From Podarcis tiliguerta (Eukaryota): DNA of 64,000 nt. The stretch lies in assembly GCA_965153285.1 (NCBI GenBank), contig OZ229117.1, one strand, 5' to 3'. This document shows positions 46,020 through 64,000 of this stretch, in pieces (the stretch's first letter is position 1; each line of letters starts with the position of its first letter). The notes below the pieces were generated by a model. The model was not told the origin of the DNA. It saw only the letters and a program-made list of their open reading frames with translations, and made no database searches. The position numbers were made by a program, and so were the translations under genes.

Positions 46020-46192
46020 AATCCTAAACTACCCTAATCCTAAATAAGCTCAATAGCTGTCAGTCTGGCTAACTGGCAGACATCTCATACAAACCTGAGC
46101 ATAGAGGCACCCAGAGACTTCCCCAGATCCTACAAAGGCAGAGTCAAGGGTCGTTTCTGTGCAGGCGCCAGTGCAGAAATGTAGCCCCCACA

Positions 46193-46845
46193 ATGCCTTC
46201 AACTCATGAGAGTAACTGAAGAAAATTGGGAGGGGGGCTACAAATGAGAGGATTTCTGTGGTTCGTCGTCTCATCCAATCTAGCAGTCCAGTGTCTGCAA
46301 CTTTCAAACTCACCCGGAGCATCCTTACAAGCCACAACGGAGAGCTATTGCTAACTCCCAAGAAATCAAGCTTTCTTAAAAGTGCGTATCTACTGAAAGA
46401 GTTCCTACAGAAAGCCTTGGTATATTTCTCACAATGCAATGACCAGGAGAAGGTTAGAGAAGCAGGGTATAAAATGTTGGCCCAAAGTACAAGCACCAAG
46501 TCAATAGTGTCTTCCATGATGATGAGACTCCTTGGCCATGCTGGGTGATGGCAAAAGGAGGTTTGATTCAATGGCTTGTATGTGTGAAAGAGGATGGAGT
46601 CTGTGGTTGGATGAAAGAAAATGCCAAAGTGCATGGATCCCCTTGGCTGGGGAATCAGCTGTCAAGAGATAGTTGACCTCCTGTGTGAGGAAAATAAGCC
46701 TTTATTGTAGATCTTGAAGCACCTCCCAGCGAAGCAAAAAGAGGCCTCAGATTTCCCAAAGCTGTAAAGCCCCTGACACAATGGGGGCCCTTAACAGGGC
46801 AAGAACAAAGCAAAATGAGGTCCTCATTCTTATAGCAAAACGCAT
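46193..46845 (+). pseudogene. Endogenous bornavirus-like nucleoprotein element (EBLN), disrupted
   Basis: About ten colinear peptides across frames match recalled bornavirus N: MP, LIQS, HPGI, AIA, YLLKEFLQKALVY, HQVNSVFH, KRRFDSM, HGSPWLG, LCEENKPLL, LKHLPA.......FPKL, TMGALNRARTKQ. Confidence 0.78.
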
Positions 46846-47075
46846 ATATTTTAAAGTAACAGTACTAGTAAAAACTAATTAAGACCAATAGTCAGTGCTT
46901 ACAAAAACTCATTCCTTTTTCTAACCAAATATCCCACAGTCCAAACCACTCCTTTCTTGACAGTAAACACTAAGTGCCAGCTCAAAACAAAATATTTCTT
47001 TTGTGCAGTTTTTCTCCAACCACCACCCCTCCCCTAGTCCTCTCTTCATTATCCATAGAATGCTCTCATCTTGAG

Positions 47076-49347
47076 CAGTGGCATAGCAACGTCAGATGGT
47101 ACCCGGTGCGGAAAATTTATTGTCACACCCCACACCCCCTTGGAAATTCTTAAAAGAAGAAAAAATAAGATAACTTACAGTTGAAAGTGTTATTTTCTGG
47201 TTTATTTACTTAACACTGTGAGCATAAGAACTTAAAATATTTTTTTCCCTAACTTTGTTCTCTGCAAATTTTGAAATCCCATCACTAAAATCAATTCCTT
47301 TTGCTACTTTGTTTTCAATTGACAAGATGGCTAAGCCAGAGAGCTTTGCCATTCCCTGTGGGAATGTTCAGGGAGGCAGGAGAGGATATATTGTTTAATT
47401 ATATCCTTCCCAACTTGTGTTAACAAGTTCTATGATTTAACAGAGTAACTTTCCCCTTTTAAACTTACACAGCGGATAGATTTGCCAGGCTTGCATAAGC
47501 CTCCAAAATAAGTTTCCTGGTAATTCCCCTTTCTTCCCTCTTAAAAGAATAGACACGACACAGTCTTGTATAAAAGTATATAAAATAGTTTACTCACATT
47601 CTGTTCACAGAAGGATCCTAGAAGGCAGACTTAAGTTACAAGATATATACACCTGGAATCTATGCATGTCCATGTCTGAAACATTGTTTAAATATTTTAT
47701 TTTGTATATTCATAGTCTGTTTTTTGATCTGAAAAATCTACTAGGTGGCTCATAATTGATTTTAAATCCACAGCTTGGCTGGAACTAGAAATGGCTTCAG
47801 TCCCCCTGGTGGATTATCTACACTGGGAACTAGATACTGGGAGTGTGCCCCTTTTGGCTCTGACCCTCAATTACATATTATAGTAACCCAATAATTACAT
47901 TTTATCCTCACAACAACCCTGTGAGGTAGGTTAGGCTAAGAGACTGACCTGAAGTCACCTAGCAGGTTTCATGCCTGAGCAGAGCTACAAGGTCCTAGTC
48001 CAACATTTTAACCACTACACCACACTGGCTCATGACTGGATCAGCCAGCGTCAGTCTAGCTAGCTCAGAACACTGGTTCCAATAGTGGCCAGCTGGAAGG
48101 AAGCAAAGAATGGCTTATACAGGAAATGTTGTACAGAGGCTCATGTTTCCTCATACCATGATTATGAGAATGGAAAAGGCTGCTGAGGTGGGGATTTTGT
48201 GGAAGGACGAGGAAACAGGAGCCTGTCTGGCCCTATGCATGTTTGCTGGTGTGATTTTTCCAGTTACTGGGGCCTACTCCCATTTGCACTCACTTCCTCT
48301 ACTTTTTCTGTTGCCTCCCTTACTTCAAACTACTATATAGACAGCAAACGCATTATGGCAGGGCAAAATTATCTTGTTACTCTATGCTTGATGCCCATAA
48401 ACAATGCATGGTGCCCATGATGCAGACCCTTCGAGTGTCACTATTTTCCAGTGACAGTCCCAGATTTACAGAAGCCACCCCATTTCCTGATTTGATCCTG
48501 GAATGCCCCGCTTTTCCATACAACGTCCCTATTTTCAGTGGAGAAAGGCCATGGAAAGTCACGGGAGCCCCGAGCCAAGGAGATAAGTAACCATACCTTT
48601 AGAAAACATCTGAAGGCAGCCTAGTATAGGGAAGCTTTTTAATGTTAAATGTTTCATTATGGTTTTTTATACATATTGGAAGCCAACCAGAGTAGTATTA
48701 GCATTAGTAGTAGTAGTAATGTAACAGGACATCCCTATTTTCTTGGGAGAAATGTTGGAGGGTATGCATGATGTCGCTGCATAAACACCAGCAACAAATG
48801 TAAGGAAGTTGGCTTTAGCGCACGTGAGAGGAGAACAAGTCCATTTTCTGGGCTGTTTTTCCTCTCCACTGAGATTTGCAGTTAACAGAGCTGCTCGAGA
48901 GAAGACGCCCACCTGCCCGCCACCCCTGAATCTCCCTGGGTGGGGGAAAGGAGAAGGCAGGAGGGGTGTGGGAAATAGAACAGCATGCCCCTGCGCATGT
49001 TGCTCCTGCCTCTGCCCGAGCCCAAACTGGAGGTGCGTTCCCAGTCCAATGCGACGCATGTGCAGCCAGGCCGTCATGTGGCCTCCCTGAGGAAGGGGGC
49101 AGGTGTCCTGGAGGTTCGGGCTCGCACTGACCTCTCCCCACCCTCAGCCTCCACCCCCACCATACTCTACTTCTTCTTTGCCACCAGAGCAACCAGCAGT
49201 GGCGGCAGAAGGAGCGTGACAGCGTTGTTTGCCCAAAGTCACTTTCTTTCAGGGGCCGGGAGCGGGCGCGTTGAGCAGTCTGTCACCCCCCTCATGATGA
49301 CACCCAGGGTGACCTGCCCCCACTGCCACCCACTTCCTACACCACTA
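47076..49347 (-). mobile_element. 2.27-kb non-autonomous hAT (Tip100-like) element with a transposase C-terminal remnant and nested repeats
   Basis: TIRs CAGTGGCATAGCAA / TTCCTACACCACTA (CpG-decayed); 8-bp TSD ATCTTGAG (47068-47075) / ATCCTGAG (49348-49355); 47343-47240 on - encodes LSGLAILSIENKVAKGIDFSDGISKFAENKVR (hAT dimerization-domain tail). Confidence 0.8.
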
Positions 49348-49355
49348 ATCCTGAG

Positions 49356-50460
49356 ACCTCTGCAAAGGAGTTGAAGTGTAATTTAGTCTTGAAGAATTCA
49401 TGGTTGGCGTCTGTGTGAAAAGCCCTCTAATGAAGTTCACATATCTGATCTGTTTCAATAACGAAGTTCACATCAAGCCTGGTTCCAATCAATGTGGTTG
49501 CTGTTCTACTTGCTTCAGCGAGGTATGGCTGGATACAAGATGACCAAATTAGCCATTTCCTTTTAGGGTTTATGACGATCCACATGTGCTCTTATTTATA
49601 TAAGATTTTTACAGTCCAAATTAATTTTGCAGTGGAGACTTGCATCAATCCTAACAGTGCTCCCTTTTTCTGTTTTCCACTACCATTAAAGACCATTTTT
49701 GTCATGGTTTCCTGCCATCTCCTTCCATCTCTGCTGATGTTTTCTACCATTTACAGCAGTTTTCCACCTGCCTCATAGACACGACACTGAACGTCAACAC
49801 CCTGGTTGCTCCCACATTTTCTTTGAGAAGTTAGAATGTTCATGAAGATTCCACAACATCACCATCATACAGGGGCAGGGATGGCCAAAAGTGATGGTCA
49901 GATAGAATGTATTCATTTCATAGCATAACCTCTTGAGGCTGGCGAGTGCCACATCTATTCATAGTAGGAGCCTTTGATAATGCCTTAAGAGCCAGTTCAT
50001 GGATGAGTGATCAAGTTTAAGAGCATGTGAAAACGTATATTCTTTGGCAGTGGCCAGTGTGGCTGTAGTCGGCTGTGTAAACTTCCTTAATCTGGCTGCA
50101 TTGATCTTTTAGAGCTCCTGGATGTTTGTATTTCACAAAACTCTTGAAAAACCTGTCAAAGAGATAAGTTACTGTTGGCACCTATAACACTTTTTTGCAG
50201 CATGATTTGGACAGAACATTCAGATGCTGTGGCATTTAATGAGGAAGGGAGCACAGATTCTCTTCACTCATTTGTCCCATACCTGGCTGTTCAGCTATGA
50301 TTTCTCTTTCCTTACCAACTCAAGGAAGCCAGTGCCACACACAGAGACCTGAATACATACCTATATTTACTGTACCTCTATCCAAGGTGCATTTGCCATG
50401 ATGTGGCAGAAATTTATCACATACTCCAATACCATCATACAAGTTGTTTGCCCTTCTCTA
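49356..50460 (+). pseudogene. Endogenous bornavirus-like glycoprotein element (EBLG), disrupted; its 5' end lies left of the hAT insertion (about 47040-47075)
   Basis: Colinear peptides ELKCN, RLCEKPSNEV, TCINPNSAP, C.WF, TCLIDTTLNV, MAKSDG, AFDNALR, EISY, MMWQ match recalled bornavirus G LSCN, RLCHTPTENV, GCLNNSAP, CNWF, RCSITNVTV, MLSDG, SFDEFRR, QIEY, VVWQ. Confidence 0.75.
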
Positions 50461-51452
50461 CATCTATTTTTAAAAAATTAAGTCTGCAGCCTCTGTGTCA
50501 TCGGCTACCTTATTGTAACCAGATAAACTACCCTTAAAAGTTAGGTGGAGTTTTAGTTGGGTTTTTGTTGTTGCTGCTGTTATTTTCAATTTTTGTATCT
50601 TTATTTTTAGATCTTACAATGATTTGTGTGGAAATTGTTCAATTATGGGTGTGTTTTATTTATTGTTTATGACTAGTTTTGTTATGTTTTTATTATGTAT
50701 ATCTTTTCATGTTAATGTTGTATGAAAGGCGGCATACAAATTAAATGATAATGATGATGAAATGTTCTTCTACAAGGAATCCCAGGCTGGTGTGTGAATA
50801 GCCAAGATGATGAGCAATACTTTGCATTTGCTACAGGACATGTAGGTGCCCCCCCCCCCAGCACTCGTTAGCCTAAATGATGGGGGTGGGCTGTATGCGT
50901 ATCTATCTAAGTGGGGATGTTCTGGCTCCAGAAATCATTCCAGTGACTAAGTGCATCAGTGCTACTGAGTATTCTTGACTGGGTGGAAGCACTTCTGGAG
51001 AGAGGGATGGGGGGGGGGTGGGATGACCCCACAGGAAGACCCAAGCAATGCTCCAACTTTAGGGGATTGGCTAAAGTTGAGCCAAAAATGTGTGGCTGTC
51101 TGTTGCCAAGTACCTCAGAATCAGCCACTGCCACACCTAAGTTCCAACTTAAGGCAAGCTGGCAAAGGGAGAATAAAGAGGCTGATTGTGCCAGGTCCAC
51201 ATAAATCTCCTGTGAAGTAAATGAAGGCTTTGTGTACAAATGGAAATGAGGAGTAGGAAATTCTCAAAGAACGGTCTCTCCATCACAACAGCTTGCTGTG
51301 CTTTCAGTCACAGAAGACAGTAACTGCAGGTTGCTGGCCTCCAGAGACTTTCCCTCTAGCCTGACACTCAGAAAACTCCCTCTGAAGAAATGTGTGTGAG
51401 AAAGCAGAGGGCTGTTTGCTGCCCTCCTACAGTAAACCATGGCTGTTGCAAG

Positions 51453-52627
51453 CTAACTTTTCCTGAATGCCACGCGCCTGTTCACATTCTCCGCTCCATA
51501 TTTTGCCACTAGCTTGCTTCTGAGGTCTTCATCCCCCTTCAGCAAGTCCACATCATCCTGCCTGCTCCAAAGAGGGCAGCCACCCAAGGACTGCCCCGTC
51601 TGCAGGCAACATTCCACAGCTGCCACTTCCCCACTGTTTTTCAAAAAAGCTTGTGTCACAGTTGTCAGGTCCACGTCAAACTTCTTCATGAAATACTTTA
51701 TGTCCTCTACTGCCGTGGCCACCTCCACAGCTGAGGGAGCTGCAGGCTGCTGCTCTGCCACTGGGGGCTGGCTTGGGGGCTCAGCAGAATCTCCACCAGA
51801 TACAAACTCAAGCGCCCTGATTTTGGGATTAGGAGGTGCTTCTTCTTCAGAGGTCTTGAGCTCCATGTGTTCTGAAAAGGTGTCTTCTGTGGAGCTGGGG
51901 CTCTCACTGTCTCCCTAGAAGGAAGGTGAATTAGGACAGTTCAAGATCACTGTTTCTTTCTAAATTTTGTAAGCCTTACAAAGAGCAGATTATCGTCAGT
52001 TTCTGGGACCTGGTACTCTGATGGTGATGGGGCAATGCTGTTTCAGTCATTCCATCTCAAACAAGATAGTGAAGGGTTACAGAAAGTACAGAAAAGGGGA
52101 AAACGACAATGGGGTTGGAGAAGTTTCCCTCTGAGGCCTTTGAATCTGCCAGGTGGACAAAGTTGACCAGGGGCCCCTTTCCCACTCGAGTCCTTCGGCA
52201 CTGCAGATGCACTGCTTTTCTCTAATCAGATTGAAGCATATTAAAGGGAAAGCTGCTTGGGTCTTACTTGCAAGTAGCCCCACCAGTAATGAGTCAGGCT
52301 GGGCTGCAGGTAAAGGTGGGCATCAAGGCTCAAGGCTCCCACTAATGGTTTATAAGCCTCAGAGACAGTCAGGAAAAGGAGCCAGAGCACACCTCTTTTG
52401 GGAGCATATAATATGGTAAGTTGTACCAGAGTGTGGTAGAGGTGGGCTATATTTTCCCCAACCCACTCCCACAGTTGAGCAGGGCTTCTCTGGTCTGAAA
52501 GAAGGCAGAGAGAGGAGTGCAGCCCTGCTCCTGAAGGCAGCAAGGAACAACTGCTTCAACTCTGAAGAGTGAGAGACCCTACAACTGCAACACTAGACAA
52601 CACACACTTGCAATAATAATAATAATA

Positions 52628-52669
<42 letters not shown>

Positions 52670-55600
52670 TTTTTATTTATACCCCGCCCTCCCCAGCCAA
52701 GACCAGGCTCAGGGCGGCTAACAACCAATAATAAAAACAAGTTGATTAAAATACAATTTAAAAGATTAAGATACAACATTAAAACATTAGGATGCAGCCT
52801 CTTCACAGGAGAAAGGAAAAAGAAAGAGGAGGAGGGAATCAAACTGATTCTAAGCCAAAGGCCAGGTGGAACAACTCTGTCTTACAGGCCCTGTGGAAAG
52901 AAATCAGATCCCGCAGGGCCCTGGTCTCATGAGACAGAGCATTCCACCAGGCCGGAGCCAGTGTTGAGAAGGCCCTGGCTCTGGTTGAGGCTAATCTAAA
53001 TTCCTTAGGGCCTGGGACCTCTAGGGTGTTGCTATATATGGACCTTAAGGTCCTCCGTGGGGCTTACCAGGAGAGGCAGTCCCGTAGGTACGAGGGTCCT
53101 ATAGTGCAGAATGGTCTAGCAATCAGCAACGGTGAAATAGAAACATTAATCAGAAGCCTCCTTCAGCAGCTTCTACCTCTGAAATGGTTCCTGTTTAGCA
53201 GGCTGCATCATTAGTTAATTGGTTAATCCCTGTTCCCCAGGTGCGGGAGGTGGGGAGGTTAATGACTAGTTCCTTCTCTGAAGCTGCAAGGAGCATTTTT
53301 CCAATTAAAAGCACATGGCAATCCTGAAATGCCTCAAGGGTGTTTACTGGCACGCACGCACCACAGACTGCCACTGCAATGGGGGGGGGGTTGGATTGCT
53401 ACGAATACGGTCTGAAAAAATATAAGGGGACAACACTGGAATGAACAGGTTGGCACACAGCACTGCCTATATCACCCAGAAAAAAGTGCCTTAATGAAAC
53501 CTAGCAATTCCAGGCTAAATAGCCAGTGACAAACAAGTTATACTTGCCCATGTCCAAGGCCAAATATGTCAAATAAATGTAATCAGTTCTGCCTTTAGTC
53601 ATTCTATAAGCTATGCTGAAACACTCGGTGCCATCTTATGCGAAGGCATCTGTACCCCATTGTCTTCAAATTCTTTGTTAGCTGCCTGGAAAATGCTATG
53701 TACCTTTGGTCCTTCCGCAGTGTGGCTTTGATCCTCTGGCTGGGGGACATCCTCGACTTCCTTACTTTGGGAGGCTGCTAAAGACAAAGGTATGTTGAGG
53801 TTCACTGTGACAAAAGTAATCCAAGCCACATTTCCCACCCTTGTGATGATGCACCAATCACCACCTTGGTGCCATGGGCCCTTGAAAAATGGGAGAAGGA
53901 AATGGCAGCTTCAGGTCCTGAAGCCCCACTGGCCTCAGCTAGCTAATGGAACAGGGAATGATGGGTTTTTCCGACTCTTGATTTATTTATTCCCCGCCCC
54001 ACCCCCCACATGTAAGGTTGCGATTGTGCAGCTAAAGTGAGTGTAAGCTGCAGGCCCACTGCACTGCAAAAAAAAGCCCTCTTTTCCAGAGGAAACAAAG
54101 GGTCAGTTAGGCTGGGGACTGAGATATGAAAGCTAGGAACTAAATGGCACCTTAAACCTAGGTTATGGGTGCAACAACAGAATGTCTAGGTATGCTTTTT
54201 AATAACAAGAATACAAAGCTGAAAATGAATGAACTGCAGCTAAAATATTATGTTCAGTTTTCACATAGTCATCCTTCCCCTGCCCACCCCCCTAATACTC
54301 TTATGAGGGTCTATTCTCCAGTCTTCAGAGAATAACTGGATGTGGGGAGGCAGAAAAAGGTCCTGCTTTCCTTCCACTTTGCAGTTTTAATCTGAAATCT
54401 TTAGGCGCAGTACTGCACCCAGAGCTCAGAAACTGCTCACGAGAATGAAATTCCCTGTCACAAAATGCACCTAAAACAATGGCAGTTTTGAACACTGGCT
54501 GGGGAAGACCCTCACACAAGTGAGAAGGAGCAGCACTGAACAGGCAAAAAGCCCGAGGACTTAAAGAATCCTAAGAGTAGAGTGAATCCCCCTCCAAAGG
54601 GGCAGGCAATCCGGAGGCAAGGCGATCATGGACTGGGAAACTGGAGCCTGGGGGTGGGGGGAATACTCAAAGACAGTAGGGAGTTGAACAAGGGTAGTGG
54701 GGAAGAAGAGAGGAGTGAAAGGGGTGTGTGTGCATGAAACTCACAGGGGAAGTACTTGGCAGGTCACCAGCAAGCAGAAGCAGTAGCTTGAAAGCATATG
54801 AGATGTTATGGCAGGCAGAAGCCCAGTGTTGACCAAAGGCAGGACTGAGAAGGAAGGAGGAAGCTACTTTAATATATTTTGAATTATGTCCCCATGATAG
54901 GGCTTGGAGGCAAAAAAGGTGTGAAGAGAAGGGAGAAGGCAGGAGGAAAGAACCCCAAAGGGAGAATTTTGCCCGTGGGGGCTCCTTTGGCCAACACTTG
55001 GCCAAAGTTTCATTTCTGGGCAATATAGAAGCCCAGAGGGGACAACAACCTGCAAGATGAGTGGTAGTATTTGACAACCAGGAAGGTGGAAGCAGGAGGT
55101 GGGCCAGGGTGCCCCAGACAAGCTGCCTCACCATAATGTAGCAGTGATGCCAGATATGGCCGGCTAGTGGCTAGCTGAACCTTGCTGCCTTCTGGCTAGG
55201 AAAGCATCCTTCTGCCAGGCCTTACTGGTCCTGACTGGCAGCAGTGACTCTCTGTATGGCTTCAGGCAGGACTCCTTCCCAGCCCTAGATGGAGATGATG
55301 CCAGGGTCTGAACCAGGGACACTTTCTGCATGCCAAGCAGGTGCTCTGATCCTGTGCTATGGCAGGCCTTTTGGCCCACTCCAGCTAAAGCAGCCCTGCT
55401 TACCAGCAGCAGATTCAGACGAGCTTCTGAGCTTGCGTCTCTGGGCAGGCAGGCAGAGGTCTTCCTTGCCCCGCAAGTGCTTCAGGTAGCGGTCGCGCAT
55501 GGCCTGCCAGGAGTGCCGCGTGACCCGGGCCGCCTCCATCTCCTTCCAGACAGCGTTGCCACTGCCGGCTGCCTGCCTGCCGATGCTGCCTCTCTTGCTC

Positions 55601-56001
55601 CTCCGCAGGTGCAGCAGGATGGCCTGGTCTTCCACCTCGCTGAAGGGCAGGCGGCCCTCGGCAGCGCCCGTGTCCGCGGTGACCGGCGGTGGTTGCAGGC
55701 GGTATGTCTCCATCGGCAGGAGCTCCTGGCGGGCCACACAGTCGGCGATGTAGGTGGCGGAGATGAAGACCCCCGAGGTTCTCGGCGGCACCTCTCCCGG
55801 CCGGGCCAGCAGCACCGCGCCCGGCTCCTGCACGCGGCACATGCGCCCGCCGTGGCGCACGATCAGCGGGGCCAGCTCCACCTTGGCCGCCCCGGGGCGT
55901 ACGTAGAAGCTCAGGGGGCTGCCGTCCTCCCGCTGGAAGAACAGCCGAGGCTGCGGGGCAGAGCCATCCGGCTCACCCTCGGCCTCCGCTGTGCCCAGCA
56001 T
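51453..56001 (-). CDS. TERF2IP: Telomeric repeat-binding factor 2-interacting protein 1 (RAP1), about 393 aa
   Basis: Exon 56001-55404 (BRCT: SFYVRPG..LIVRHGGRMCRVQEPGAVLLA; Myb: GRLPFSEVEDQAIL..HSWQAMRDRYLKHL), exon 53777-53656, exon 51914-51453 (RCT: VTQAFLKNSGE..WSRQDD..KYGAENVNRRVAFRKS*); phases 1 and 0 are consistent. Confidence 0.95.
52611..53100 (-). mobile_element. L2-type LINE 3' fragment with a long (AAT)n tail in TERF2IP intron 2
   Basis: (AAT)n 52611-52669, then TTTATACCCCGCC..GCTCAGGGCGGCT.. and GCATTCCACCAG..GAGAAGGCCCT ORF2-end sequence. Confidence 0.72.
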
Positions 56002-56382
56002 CGTCCGCACAGCTGGGGCTGCAGCGGAAGGACGAGCCCCGCGACCGGCTGCTCGGGCCCCCCAATTCCCACCCGACGCCGCCTACGGGCTCCTCTGCCC
56101 GGAAAGGAAATGGCACTTTGCACGCGCTCAGGGGCATCCGCGTGCTCAGATTAGGGGCGGGGCGATTTGACCCGTTGCACTCCGCCCACTCCTCCCTTCA
56201 ACGGCGGCGGCAACGTACCGGAAAGTTTCCTTTTGCAGCCGCCGAGCTCCAGTTTGCGCAGACGCGGAGGCGCTTCGTCGAGGGAGGGCGTGGCGCCGCT
56301 TGCGGTAAAAGCGGCTGCTGACCCAGAAGTGCTTTCGCTTTTGTTTCCTGTGGGGTGGAAGAAGCACCTGTCGGCCCGGAAG
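56002..56382. promoter_or_regulatory. Bidirectional CpG-island promoter shared by TERF2IP and KARS1
   Basis: Divergent ATGs 381 bp apart; GC boxes; ETS-type CCGGAA motifs; YY1-type AAGATGGCGGC over the KARS1 ATG. Confidence 0.85.
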
Positions 56383-63892
<7,510 letters not shown>

Positions 63893-63973
63893 CCCAAAAG
63901 GCTGCATTAGGGGGCAGAGGCTGTCCTAGGCCTTTGGACATGCCAGGGCATGCTTCTGTATTTTACAATCGTG

Positions 63974-63979
63974 AATAAA
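63974..63979 (+). terminator. KARS1 polyadenylation signal
   Basis: AATAAA about 80 nt after the stop. Confidence 0.8.
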
Positions 63980-64000
63980 GGAGCTGTGCTATTGCTGTTT

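Noticed and set aside
56151-56156. Telomeric hexamer TTAGGG in the RAP1 promoter
   Set aside because: Single copy overlapping a GC box; chance expectation is high.

Overview
Vertebrate genomic DNA from a squamate reptile, probably a lacertid-type lizard judging by its SINE, BovB and RTE-X repeats. It is syntenic with parts of human 16q22-23. Gene order: 3' part of AP1G1 (+, 17 coding exons, intronic SNORD71), MARVELD3 (-), TAT (+), CHST4 (+), then TERF2IP/RAP1 (-) head-to-head with KARS1 (+). All exon boundaries were read manually and give GT-AG introns with consistent phases. The main new observation lies between CHST4 and TERF2IP: a decayed multi-gene endogenous bornavirus-like element, with nucleoprotein at about 46190-46850 and glycoprotein at about 47040-50460. 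The glycoprotein part is split by a 2.27-kb hAT transposon, and no matrix gene lies between N and G. Other notable points: PHLPP2 is missing from its expected position, with a possible last-exon relic; KARS1 has Ala at the site equivalent to regulatory Ser207; the KARS1 mitochondrial isoform appears to use an alternative 5' splice site behind a uORF. Comparisons to human and viral proteins use recalled sequences and need confirmation by alignment.
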